Shown here: positions 12,500-24,727 of the stretch, piece by piece
Layout: every line of letters begins with the position of its first letter
How positions within the stretch are numbered: position 1 is the first letter of the stretch
Assembly (NCBI RefSeq): GCF_018977255.1
Contig: NW_024704743.1
Coordinates: forward strand, 16,618,001-16,682,000
Origin: Callorhinchus milii
Taxonomy: Eukaryota
DNA: 64,000 nt
Direction: 5' to 3'
Notes under the pieces: model-generated
Databases searched by the model: none
Seen by the model: the letters and a program-made list of their open reading frames with translations, nothing else
Told to the model about the DNA's origin: nothing
Program-made: the position numbers and the translations under genes

Positions 12500-15400
12500 T
12501 TTTTTGGGTGGGGGATCAGCCGGGTGACTGACACATGTGGAAACCCATTCACCTACTTCAGAGTATCCAAACCAAACTAAGAACTCCATCTATCTCACCT
12601 ACACACAGAAATTCTTGTGTATTGGAAATAAATGCACACTCTCAGTGGAATATTCATAAATACTACTCTCTTACGTTACCCAGGGGGGAGCCACGACAAT
12701 TAAATGAAAATGAATTAGATGTCGACATGGTTTCCACCCTTAGTTTCGATTAATGTAAGGTATTGTAGTTGTAGATATGGTTGCAATCTGGATTGCATGT
12801 TTATTGCTGGGTTTTGATACAATGAAAGTACATTTTGTTCAATAAAGGCTGTACAATCTGACCTGGTGTCTCTTATTGTTTTGCTCCTTTGGGTGTCTGA
12901 CGCATACAGAAACCAATCACCATGCTTAAGGGTATCCAAACCAAGCTGAGAGTTCCTTGCTTCCCACCTCACATGGAATCCCAGAGATATTTATTGGAAT
13001 GGAATGTGCACTCTCTCCTGTTTACCAAATTCCGGAAGCTATTAGGGACAAGTTGGCAAGAGCCAAAGGCTTGGGGACCCCAGAGTCTGCATTGGGGTAC
13101 TGCTGGAGTCTAACCAGCTAAAACTGCACAGCTTTCCATTAAGAACATTGTCTGACAAGCATTCCTATTGCTTGTCCAGCTAGGACCTCCCCACCTATAA
13201 GCGATTTGGCTTTCAGGGTTAATAGGAGTTGAGTGGGATGACTCCCTACCCCCAATGACTGGTCTGCCTTTCCAGGTGCTGCCGATGAGCCAGGTTGGCG
13301 GTAATATCATCAGCTGTGCCCTGGTGTACTGTGTGCCCGCCTGGCTCAGGTAATGGATTAGATAATCCTGCTTACCTCCTCCGCCCCCCCCCCAGCCGAG
13401 GAGGAGATACAAGTTGATCATTTGACATCTGACAAGCGTGAGGTTGAGCCCTCACAGGGTGGATGGCAGGTACCAGAAACTCTCTACAAGCTTCCTGGTG
13501 GTGTAGGATTTTAATAATGTGGTTGACTCTGAGGTAAGATAGCAGACAGAGACAATGGATAAATCAAAGGGTTAATTTATTAAGCAACAAGATGGTTAGT
13601 AAACAGTTACAAGTTTCATGCTTACAACTGCAGAAGATTGTTCAGGGCCGGCTGATCTCGACCTTCACTGTGGACACTGACACACCAATATTCCTTTGGC
13701 TAATTATTTAGCCTACGATCCCATGCTCATGGGATCCAGTATCCCACAGTGTCTAACTGTGTCCAACCTGTTAACATTTGTTTTGTTCTTTTATACCCCA
13801 AAGTTTGGACACATGATGATGAAATAGGAATGTGTAGCCAGAGGCCATTCCACCTAATCAAAGTTTACAATTTGATTGTCCAATCATATTTCTGAATTGA
13901 TTCATCCAGTCACTTTTCCTCACTCAGGGTACGCCCATAGGTTCTCAGGGTTTAATCTTGGGAATCTGGGAGTTCTCTTGAAGCCCCTGATACCAAGTGT
14001 GCAAAGTTCAGTTTGGCAGTTAATTGTATTTCCTTGACACCTTAAAATCATAAAATCCTTTCAAGACCGTCTTCCCACCAGACTGCCAGGCACCAAGAGT
14101 CCCATTAATCAGATGAATGTCAGGTTAAAGCGAAGCCACACATTCCTGATTTTATGAACGTTGACTTTTGGCCCTTTTAGTTGATTTTGGAGTCCCTCTT
14201 ATCAATGCAAACTACAATATAAAATATAAAATACAATGTAAAAAACAATAATAAAAATTAGTCACTTCAATCCATGACCGTTTGTGGGACACTGCCGTGC
14301 GCAATTGGCTGCCGCATTTCGCCCACAATTATAGAGTCAATTCACTTTACAGTATATTCTGTGAAGCACTTTGAGATGTATAGAAGGCGTGAAAAGCGCT
14401 ATATCAAATGCAAGGATTATTATTATTAGATTATTATTTTGTTTACTTGAGATAGACTGTTAAGCACCATATTTCTTACACCCACTTTGGGGTAACAAAC
14501 AATGATTTTGACTATTTCCTTACAGTGGGCAACACAGTTCAGCATTGCCACCATCTTCCTGCCTACAGCTCAGACACACATCCCTTCCCATTGAGCAATG
14601 GTTCCTCTATCCCTTCCCATGGAGCTGCTGCATCAGCTGCTTACTCAGCACCTGCTGCTTAATCCAGGTCCTCATGTCAGGGCTCTTAATAAATAGACTG
14701 TGAGGCCGCCTCCACCTCCAGGGTTTTTAATGACAGGTCAGTGTAGACCGGAGCCCTCCCTCCCTCAGCTGCTTCCCGTGTTGCCACAAATCCATCTCAC
14801 TGCTTGTTCCTGGACTTTGCAAATGAGCCATAGGAATCCTCTCCGCTGCATCCCCAGGAACTTGGATCCATAAAGGAGGACTGTTTGCACACAGGTCTTA
14901 TATTCCGCAAGCTTGACCTGCATTGGGACCTTGCTGTCCTTGAAGACGGGCGAGTATGACCAGAGTGCCCTTCACCCTTTCTATGCATGATCCTTCAGGA
15001 CAGATGGTGTCCACCACAATGCCCAAGGAACAACAATTGGGACTCATGTTCCTTGTATGCATTCATGTTTAAATTTGTGTTTAATTAGTGTTTCTCTTTC
15101 ATAGAAAATTTATAGTATAGGATTTTTTTTTTGGGGGGGGGGCTCAGATGGGTGTCCGACACAGGTGGAAACCCATCACCATGCTCAAGAGTATCCAAAC
15201 CAGACTGAGAGTTCCATGTATGTGTACCACCACATAGAAATTCTCCTGTGTCTGGAACACACTTGTATAGTAATAGTAGTCGTGCCTTATCATGTTGTTG
15301 AGACATCCCAAAGTGCTTCACGGGATATACTGTAAATTGATTTGACTGGATATTTTGTGAGTAATATCAGAGCAATGTCCCTCAAACAGCCATGTAGGAA

Positions 15401-15890
15401 GTGACCAATTTTATTTGGGGGATTGTTAGGCAGGACACTGGGAAAAGCTCCCTTCTCTATTCGAATAGTGCCATGGGGTCTTTCATGTCCACCTGAACAG
15501 GCAGACGGAACCTCAGTTTAATGTGTCATTCAAAGGATGGCACCTCCAACAATGCAATGCACATCCAGAACTGCATTGGATTATCATCTTAGAAAATGTG
15601 ATTCCTGTTAGAAAAGTCCTAACTTGGGACTTGAACCCACAACCTTCTGACTCAGATTCGTGTGTGCTACCACTGATCTAGGCTGACACAAAATACCTAA
15701 TTCTAGACAGTATTAGGCACAGGCTGGTAAGAGCCAAGACTTGTGTTGTGTGTTGGGGTACTGCTGGAGTTCACTCAGCTAAATTTGAATAGCTTGCCAC
15801 TGAGAGCACTGTTTGGCAAAGTTCCCACTGGTTGTCCAGCTCAGGCCATCCTATCCTTTAGGGCTTTGAGTTACAAGAGTTGAGTGGGAG
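12500..15890 (+). mobile_element. Cluster of an unclassified dispersed repeat (copies ~12500-12650, 12890-13250, 15125-15260 + 15695-15890); further copies at 27643-27980 and 58150-58480
   Basis: Shared motif GGGTGTCTGACAC..GTGGAAACCCATCACCATGCT.AAGAGTATCCAAACCA.ACTGAGAGTTCC. The third copy is split by a SINE. Confidence 0.75.
13502..14216 (-). mobile_element. Possible solo LTR
   Basis: Ends TGTAG...CTACA; minus-strand TATAAAA (~13795) followed by AATAAA (13581-13576); no TSD found. Confidence 0.4.
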
Positions 15891-16637
15891 ACATGCCAGT
15901 TTCCAATTACTTAGAAGGGTGCAATCTGCTCCAATTTCCCTGTTCTTTTCCCATGTTATTTTTCCACAACTCTAACCCCTTTTTTTTCTGGTGATAACAC
16001 TCAATTTGTTCCATCTCAGTGTACACCAACCTGCTTCAGGTCCCCCGCACTTCTCATCCCATCATTGGTGGTCCGGCATTCAGCATCTCTGCCCCCACAA
16101 CCCTCCCTCCATCCCTCCTGACCCCAACTCTCAGCTCGGTCCAAAAATCCATGACTGTCCAGTGCCCTGGGACGTCTTTCCAACCTGATGGACACTATAC
16201 AAGTGTAATTGTTGTTGTTTTTGTTAACAGTGATGGAGCCTGACTCCGAGCCAGAGGAAGGGAGGAGGTGACTGAAAGCATCGTCGAAAACTTAGTTGTG
16301 ATCTAAGAGGGGAAGAAGGGGGCAAGGCGGAGGGATTGAGAGAGAGAATTCCAAAGCTTTGGGGTGTAGCTTAGTGGAGTAAGCAGGCAGTGGAAATGGG
16401 AGAAAGCAGGTCAGAAAGGTTGGGAGGTGCTTAGGCATGAAGGCATTTGTAGACAAGTGAGAGGATCTTGAAACCGATCCACTGTTACAATGAGCCAGTG
16501 AAGCCTGGCGAGGACTGGTGTGATGAGGGGTGGAGTTTACTATGTTTGAGAATATGGGCGGCGGAGTCCTGATTCAACACAGTAACAGATAACACAGTAA
16601 CAAGCTGGACCCAGCGCATCCAAACATCTTGCTTCTC

Positions 16638-16726
16638 GTAACCCAGGCGACTCTGAAAATATTTACGAGTTGTCAACTGACTGGCCAGTTTCCAACCCAC
16701 AGGCATCCTGAGTCTTGGTGACATCA
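16638..16726 (+). promoter_or_regulatory. Candidate promoter: X-box-like GTAACCCAGGCGAC and CRE variant TGACATCA
   Basis: Motifs read directly from sequence about 0.6-0.7 kb upstream of the putative exon at 17349; function is inferred. Confidence 0.35.
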
Positions 16727-17348
16727 GTGGGACTCTGGAAGTGAGCAGAAGCAGCAGCAATATAACACCCCACTGGTGTTAGCAGTATCATTTGCTAAGG
16801 ACCCTCTCCCCTCACCTACACACACTTACACCCTACCGTACTTGGTATAACAGTAACCTAATAAATAGCACAATAAACTGCACCATTACAAAATATACAT
16901 ATATTTACCCCTTGTTTGTTCGGGTGGATATTACCGATTCTAGTATGCTGTTTGAAAATAGAGGAGTTTCTCTTGGTATCCTGGCTAACATTTTTCCAGA
17001 TAAATTGATCATTCACCTCCTGGCTGTTAGTGGGAATTTGCTGAATTAAAAATTGGCTGAACGTTTACTTACAAATACAGTCGCTGAGCTGGAATTGTTT
17101 TGACAGCAATTATTATAATTATCTGTGAAGTGACTTAAGAGAGTTTAATATTATAGGTGGGATACTTGCTGTAGGTTATTTATTTGCCAAGTTTGTAATT
17201 CAATAATTAAATGACGCAACCTACACAGGAATAGGAATAGAAATCTATTTAAGAAGCTGTACTACAGCATATCTACCAATGACCACAGCTTTGACATCTA
17301 AAGTCAGTGAAATACACCACAAAGTCGACCCCTTAGCTCAGATTGAAG

Positions 17349-17488
17349 ATGCACTCAAGTTCTGTGTTGAAGAGTTTTGGTGGTGGTCTGACCTTGAACT
17401 GTGACATCAAGGAGAATAATTCAGCAAAGAAAGAGTTTTTCACTGCACACTGGGAAGATCTTATTTTGATAACTAAGCCAGACGACAG
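17349..17488 (+). CDS. Uncharacterised protein, putative first coding exon (MHSSSVLKSFGGGLTLNCDIKENNSAKKEFFTAHWEDLILITKPDD)
   Basis: aagATG start, 46 open codons, strong phase-2 donor CAG|GTGAGA matching the phase of the exon at 19918. Confidence 0.6.
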
Positions 17489-19399
17489 GTGAGAAATGCT
17501 TTCATCTCAACCTTTCCTGCACGACTTTCCGTTGCAAAGTTGCTCCCCTGCGGAATTATTGTAAAATTCATCTGTTTACCATTTGTAAAATTCTTATGTA
17601 TTTACATTAATACATGACTCATTTGTGATTCATAAACTACACCATTCCAATGCACATGTATTTTACTAGACTCATTAGGGCATTTGGATTGCAAGTTTGT
17701 GAGATAGACATGATGTGACACATAGATTGGTCTGATCGGTATGGTGGGCGTAGAGCCTACTTGAGAGGGGAACCGTTTCCATCGATCAGTATAACAGACA
17801 GTCAAAACACCACCTCATTCTGCAAACAAAAACTGCAGCTTCTTTTTGCTTTTTGATTTGCTGTTGTTTCCTCTGAGACTTGTGATTGGTGTTGATTTCC
17901 TTCTAGTAGATTTCTGTAACAGGAATCTAGTTCTTTTTCAATGTTGTAATTACTCTTAAAAATTAGAGAAAAATAATCATTCCTACTTTTGATATAGCAC
18001 CTTATCACATCACTGAAACATCTCTAAGTGCGTCACAGGAATTTTTCTTTAAAGCGCAGTGACTGTGAATTTCTAGGCAAACATAGCAGACAACTTGCAC
18101 ATAGCAATATCCCTCAAAAAGCAATGAAGTTAATGATAATAATAATAATTCTGATGATTTTTGGCTAGGACATTGGGAGAATCTCCTTTCTCTTTTTAAA
18201 TAGAACCATGGGATTTTTAATGTTCGCCAGAGGCAGACGGCCTAAGTTTAACATCTCGTTAAAGGATGGCAACTCCAACAATGCAGAATTCCCCGAGCAC
18301 ATTATTGGAGTGTCAGTCTAGACTATGACTTCAAAGTCCCAATGTGGGGATCGAACCCACAACTTTTTGACTCGGAGGTGAGAGTACTACCAAATGCGCC
18401 AGGCTAATACCTTAAATAGAAACCTTAAATAGGTGAAAAACAGCCTTAAATTAATGTAGAACTCTCTAGTGATTTAGTAAGTGCAAAAGACAGAATCAGA
18501 AAGATGCTTGAAAAAGAGTAATATTAAAGAGTAACATTGAAGAGAGTGCGATTAGATAAAATGATTCATGTAGCCAAAAATACCAGCATAGACTTGATTG
18601 GCCAAATGGCCTGCTTGCATGCTGTAACATTCTATGATCACTATGTGAATCTGATTTGCTATACGAAAGTAGCTAGATTAAGATCTAGCAGGTGTCAGAG
18701 CCCTGCGTAGTTCCATGAACATTTAGAGCGTGTTAACACGATACGCAGAGGGAAAAATGTTGCACCTCCCTCTCACTGGTGCTGTAAACTGAACAGTCGC
18801 TCAATTTTACAAAATAAAAATTTAAAAGTGAGTTTTAGTAAAAACTACTTGCATTTGATATAGCACCTTATCATGTCGAGAAATCTCAAAGAGCTTCATA
18901 GAATATACTGTAAAGTGAATTGACTGTATATATTTTGTGGGCAAAATACGTTGGATATGGCTTTGTTGGAATTAAAGATAACTTAGTTCAAATTACTAAA
19001 GCTATAATATTACAACACCTCTGCATAGTGCTTTCTTTACCGCTACAACAGGAATAGACCCAGATTTATGCATATGTTGATTGTGGAAAGGAAGAGATGT
19101 GCAGAGTCCTTATGTGGACAAATTAAATCTACAAATTACTGATTTATTTACCAAATTTCCAAGTGTTCTTGCAAATGTCAAATTATGAATGGAAATGTTA
19201 ATAAAATGGCATTTGCAGCATCTATTTTATTGGACAGTTAAAAGTGAATCTTCAAACTGATTCTCAAGAGCAGTGCAAATTGTTGAAATTAAAGGCAGTC
19301 ATTATGATAATGTAAAGATTGGAAATTAATATATACAAGCTATGAAAACTCTAAAATGTAGCTAAAACATGGTACAATCTAGGTTTGGACACTTTACAT

Positions 19400-19790
19400 T
19401 AGAATGCGTTAGAATACACAACACAGAAACAGGCCATTCGGCCCAACTGGTCTATGCCAGTGCTTATGCACCACATGAGCCTCCTCCTGCTCTTCCTCAA
19501 CTAAGCTTTCAAGCATAACCTTCTATTCCTTTCTCCCTCATGTACCTATCTAGCTTTCCCTATATCTATGCTATTTGCCTCAACAACTCCTCGTGGTAGC
19601 TGTTCCACATACCCACTACGTTCTGTGTGAAGAATTTTCTTCTAACTTCCCTATTTAATCTATTTGTGACTATTTTATATTGATGGCCTCTGGTTTTGGT
19701 CTCCCCCACAAGTGGAAACATCTTCCCTATGTCTACCCTATCAAAACCTTTCATCATTTTAAAGACCTCTATTAGGTCACCCCTTACCCT
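19400..19790 (-). mobile_element. CR1-like LINE 3' end
   Basis: KMMKGFDRVD..FPL..TRGH.YK..RRKFFTQ.VVGMWNS. Older similar pieces at ~5680-5900, 26600-26730 and 43470-43800. Confidence 0.85.
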
Positions 19791-19917
19791 CCTCAGTTTA
19801 CTTTTACAGTTTTATACTTTTACTTTAGTTTACTTTTAGTGGCATGATTTGCTTTAGTTCTAAGGTGCTGTGACACATCCTGATAGTCACTTTAATCCTT
19901 AGTGCTTGATTTAACAG

Positions 19918-20314
19918 AATCATTTTGAATGAAGACAACGTTTCGTGCAAGGAGCACTATGACCAGAAACAACAAGCTATGTTCATTCTGCAGAGATCTC
20001 CTGATCAGAAAATGAGGATGGGCCGACTAGGAGGGAAAATAATGGAATATTGTCTCCCATATAAGAATGTCCTCCCTGTGCCAGTCTTTATGCCAAGCAG
20101 AGTACAAACCACTGCCAAAGAAGACTTCAGGACCCAGTGGTCTCCACTGTTGGAAGAAAAAAACATGAGGCAACTTGGAAAAACTTCAAATCCGATATTT
20201 AAAGAGGCGTTTCTCAACAAAGGAGAATTTTTGGCAATAAAGGATACTACACTTCCAAAAAGGGTAGGTTTCATAGCCTCATCCTCTCTGTCTCCTGATG
20301 TGCAAAGAGGCTGA
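19918..20314 (+). CDS. Uncharacterised protein, putative terminal coding exon (178 aa total)
   Basis: Acceptor ttgatttaacag|A, about 130 open non-repetitive codons (ORF 19925..20314), TGA, then AATAAA at 20321-20326. Confidence 0.68.
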
Positions 20315-22777
20315 GAAGGCAATAAACTGAGCCAAAATTCCAGCTTGAAACCAGAGGGATGAGCAAGAATCTCTAGTATTGGTGCGACTGTGTCATTATC
20401 AATGGTTGTGCTGTCTTACCTCTCAACAACTATATATTCCAGTTTATGAAATGTAAGGATTATAAATTAAATGTACTCAATGCTATTCAAAATTAAGTTT
20501 ACGCTTCTGTTGTTATCCATCCAGATACATTTTAACATGGCCTAGATGTAACGATTTCAGGATCAAAGAATCATAGAATGTTACAGCACAGAAACAGGTC
20601 ATTTGGACCATCAGGTTTGCACTGGTGTTTCTCCACATGAGCCGCCCAGTCTAACAACTCACAACACAGGTCCTTTCATGTTCCTCTTTTTCAAGCAACT
20701 ATCTGATTCCCTTTCAAAAGAATTGTTGGCTTCTGCTTCAGTGACATGTAACCCAGTTTTGTACGATTAAGCCGTTTCCACCTGAATAAATAAAATTAAT
20801 GTCAATTCCAAAGCTAATAGAATATTTGTAAAATACATGTTCCTACCCAAGGGAGCAGCTGGGTAGGTTAGTAGAGTTATTTCCAGTGGTGCAAATGTTG
20901 GGGCAACAACTAAACAAGTTAACTTCAGTTATGGACATTATTGAAGGAAGTCAAAGCCCATCCGAGACTTGATGTCTGATAGGGAGCCTCTAGTCGCCTC
21001 AAATCTTTTCTGGTCAGGACGGACTCAGAGGGTTGCCTAGAGAAATGAGAAGAAACAATATCCACAGAAAACACAAATGTTTTTACATTTTAAAACAAAT
21101 CAGAGAAAACTTCAGTTTTACAATCTGAGTAAATTCGATTCCAAACAAGAACAGTGGATACAAGACAAGATTAAACAACAAGTGATTTATTTAATATAGC
21201 AAAAGAATGAAAATAAAACAGGAGAAATAGCAGAAATGTTTTTCTGCAACATTGCTGAAGGAGACTTCAAGAATAAACTGAAAAACAGATCTTCACCGTA
21301 GACTTGTAGGAGAGCCAAACAAAGCATTTTTTTCCAGCAGCAAAAAATTAAACAAAAACAGGGCAGACACAGCTGGAGATAATCCAGTATAGGATATCAG
21401 TATCAGGATATTACAAACACATTTAAAGCTTCTTAAAGCTATACTATATGTGGAAAAATAAGTAAGAGACTATATGTTACTATTCCATGGCACAATACAA
21501 TTTGTTGTTAGCACCTAGCAAGAATCATTTGTAGGTGCTCACAACATCAAGTTTATTTTTTTGTTTCCAAATAATATCAAGTTGAATCCAGTGCTTACAT
21601 TATCGGGAAGAGGGGCTCTATTTATGATAGGTTCAAAAACGTAGGTCTGTTTTTACTTAAAAACAGGTGAATTCTATGTGCCTTATTCTTGACCACTGCC
21701 AGTTTCACACTGAGGGAATACGAGATTTGCCCCTTGTCATAACCCTGACACAATAACTGACACAAGAGTATAGCACACAGATCTTGGAGTGATACTTCCT
21801 TTAAACAAGGAAAATACCTAATTACAGAAGTCACAAAAACAAATCTGACGCTTCAGATTTGTTTTTTGTGACCTCTGTAATAAGGTGAGGAACAGATTCC
21901 AATTGTGCCAGTTCAGAAATCAACCTTTTCAAACACAGTACTGATCCAATTTCAAATTCTCACACATGATACGGAGAAGAGTGTTTGCAAGACAGACACA
22001 TTATTGTTTCAGATTTTAAGAAATAATCGCAGATACATTGACTATTCAATCATAGATTGATTGAGGTTGATTATAGGTCAAATGGTCATGATCCAATTTT
22101 ATAGCGAGTTAAGTCCTACATATCTCATGGTCTTTAACTTACATAATTGTCTTATAAGTTATTGAAATTGCACAGTCAGAGATCCACAGCCAAACATTTA
22201 CAATTAGGTCTCTATTGGGATAGGCATTGAGAGTTTTAAAACTCTATTGGGAAAGATTCCACTTGAGCCTAGATTTACGCTATTTGTACAGCATTTAAGG
22301 GCATCAAGAATTAAACAAATTGTTGAATTCAGTCGTATCTTTGAAGTTATTTTTCTGTATTTCTTAAAAGAACTTACAGAAAAATTGCTTCAATTCGCAG
22401 AATTAAGGCTGCATTTAAGAATCTGCAAAATTCTGAATGCAATAACATTTATTTAACACCTTTCAAGTCGGGAGGACATCTCAAAGTGCATGAGAATGCT
22501 GGCTGAGCACCCAAGCTGGGGGTTGGAGTGAGGGTTGTGGGAAGGGAAAGATGTGGGAAAGCTCAATCAAAGAGATGGGCCTATTGAGATGAGCCTTGAA
22601 TGAGGGGAGGGAGGGAGGAAGGGAATACTCTGAACTGCTATAGAATTAGAATAATTCTAATAATCTTAAATTGGATATAGTTCCTTATCACATCTCACAG
22701 TGCTTTACAGAGTTTCTGTAAAGTGTGGTGTCTGCATTTGTAGGCTTTATCTAGACCCACATGGAATTTATCCCCGA

Positions 22778-23466
22778 TTAAAACTTCACGTCAGGTCTCT
22801 TTCCCAACATGGCTTCCTCAGCTCTCCTGAACTTTTGAAGCTCAGCTTGAAGTTTCCAGTATGAGATGTAAAGCCACATTAACCTGCCATTTTTTTGTTT
22901 GTCAGTGTTCAATGGATTAGCACAATGTTTATCATGTTTAAAAATGTCCTTCAAGCCAGCTTCTATTCCAACCCTTTTAGCCATCGAGTCTGTAGCAGCT
23001 CGATAAAGCATATTCTTCTCCAGGTCAAGGCGATTGTGTCTTGGGACAAAGTGACTACAAAACAGGTTTTGTCTATCAACTAGTAATCTTTCAACATATT
23101 TTATATATGCATTGGCCTGCCTTTGCCATGCTTCTTCTCTTTCCACCAGATTCCGGTACAAGGCTCCTGCAGCACCAGACTGCTGAATAATAGCTTTCTC
23201 TTCTTCAATCCTGGCACGCTCTTGATTCAGCTGTTCATGTTTTTCAACAAGTTGTCGACTCTGTGCTGAAAGAGCTTCTCGATAGCCTTGCACTCTGCTC
23301 TGATGTTTCTCCTGCTCTAGCTCAAGATGTGCAATAGAGCGCCGATACTGAACTATTGTGTCGCGGTATTTAATTTCCAAATCTTTGTGTGCAGCATCCA
23401 TCTGCATCTTACACTCTGCTTTTACTCCATCAATCTCTTTCTGGGACTCTCTCGACCAGATCCAGC
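22778..23466 (-). CDS. CCDC127: CCDC127 terminal coding exon (coiled coil plus C-terminal domain; 269 aa total)
   Basis: Acceptor tttcaag|GC completes CGC (R), then WIWSRESQKEI...RQNLFCS...DKHCA...NGRLMWLYISYW...; lies within ORF 22778..23632. Confidence 0.95.
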
Positions 23467-24104
23467 CTTGAAAAGCAAAATGAAGATAGTTTATTTTAAC
23501 ACAAGGTACAGGAACACTAGGAATAAACAGTGATTTGTGTGCTCTGAATAGAAAGGAAAAAAAATTGTAAATTGCTACTACAGTCCTCAGATATTTCTGG
23601 ACTATCCACTGCAATTTACCATTGTTTAGCAAGATTTTTTTTGAAACATCATAAATGCGATTCTATTTCCAGCCTAACAGCAGAAAATCCTACTCTAGAT
23701 GCTTGCCAGTTAATTTTCCTTCAAAACTTTTAACTTTTGAACAATCATTTCTTTGCATCATCAAAATAACCAGCTAAGACATAACTAAGACATAAGCACG
23801 ATCCATTCCCACTGAGACATTCTCAGCACCACCTCAACAAACATCATGTAATTCTATATGACAACTACAATAGTTTGTAACCAGCTATCCACAAGAGTTT
23901 GAGTTTACTCAATTTATCGTAGGTATTACTTGGTGGTTATTTTTCTCTAAATACATGTATACATATATCCTTCATATAATCTGTGTTACTTCCTTCTAAA
24001 GGTTTGGCTAAATCTTAGATCCTATACGCAATTTGTACTATTTGGTCTGCTCTACTGGAGATTGTGAAAAACTAACCAATGCCTGTTTCAGAGCGAATCC
24101 AATA

Positions 24105-24503
24105 CAGTCAAACCCTGGCTAACAGGACTGATGGGGAAGGAGATCCTTTCCGGCTAGGCAGATTTCATGGCTAATCCTAACCCTTTGAAATAAATTCAGA
24201 TAAATCCTCCTTAACCTTTAAAATAAAATGAATTTTAAATAAATAAATTAGACAAAAAAGCAAAACATATTGTGGCCACTGATGCAATGCAGCTGTATTG
24301 ATGGCCTTGGCAAAACCAATCAGTGTTAAACTGTGGGGATCACATGCGCTGCGTGGCAAGGCATGGGTGCACACTAGGAGAGTTGGGCTGGTGGGAATTT
24401 GGAATTCACAGGATGGATTTGGGGCCGGAGGAGATTTTTTCAGATCCGGTCCAGCTAAGTCCAAATTCCAGATATTTTAAGTCTGGTTAGCCGGGGTTGA
24501 GTG
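24105..24503. mobile_element. Tigger/pogo-like MITE in CCDC127 intron
   Basis: TA|CAGTCAAACCCTGGCTAACAGGAC ... GTCTGGTTAGCCGGGGTTGAGTG|TA; imperfect ~23-bp TIRs with TA flanks. Confidence 0.72.
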
Positions 24504-24606
24504 TATTCTGTTTCTAACTTCCCCGAGCTGGATGGTCCTGAACCTCTATCCATCTGTTGACTGGCAAAATTAACAAAAAAAACAGGAATGAGTTTCCAAT
24601 ACTTAC

Positions 24607-24727
24607 GAAAGGCAGCTAGTCCCAACATGGGCACGAACAGGGCGTAATTCCATTTGCTTCCATCACCTCCACCCTCTCTAGGGTTAGGCATGATGTTCCA
24701 CTGCATAGGCTCATTAAGGTTGTTCAT
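24607..24727 (-). CDS. CCDC127: CCDC127 first coding exon (MNNLNEPMQWNIMPNPREGGGDGSKWNYALFVPMLGLAAF)
   Basis: MNNLN..WNI and WNYAL.VPMLGLAAFRWIW are characteristic of the CCDC127 N-terminus. Acceptor gives exon start at 24741; phase-1 donor C|GTAAGT at 24606. Head-to-head with SDHA as in other vertebrates. Confidence 0.95.

Noticed and set aside
17731..17790. Hairpin CTGATCG...CGATCAG followed by ACA as a possible H/ACA snoRNA
   Set aside because: No convincing first hairpin or H box; evidence too weak.
20005..20322. Minus-strand 105-aa ORF
   Set aside because: It is the antisense shadow of the plus-strand exon, which has the splice and poly(A) signals.
20840..21400. Purine-rich, coding-looking stretches (also 28560-28950)
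   Set aside because: Short frames with frequent stops, no usable splice sites and no recognisable homology.
11500..22700. LRRC14B expected from human synteny
   Set aside because: I found no LRR/PRAME-like coding sequence in this window.
23467..23632. 5' extension of the 284-aa ORF (and 24728-24778 of the 107-aa ORF)
   Set aside because: These are intronic or UTR read-through upstream of the true CCDC127 acceptor and ATG.
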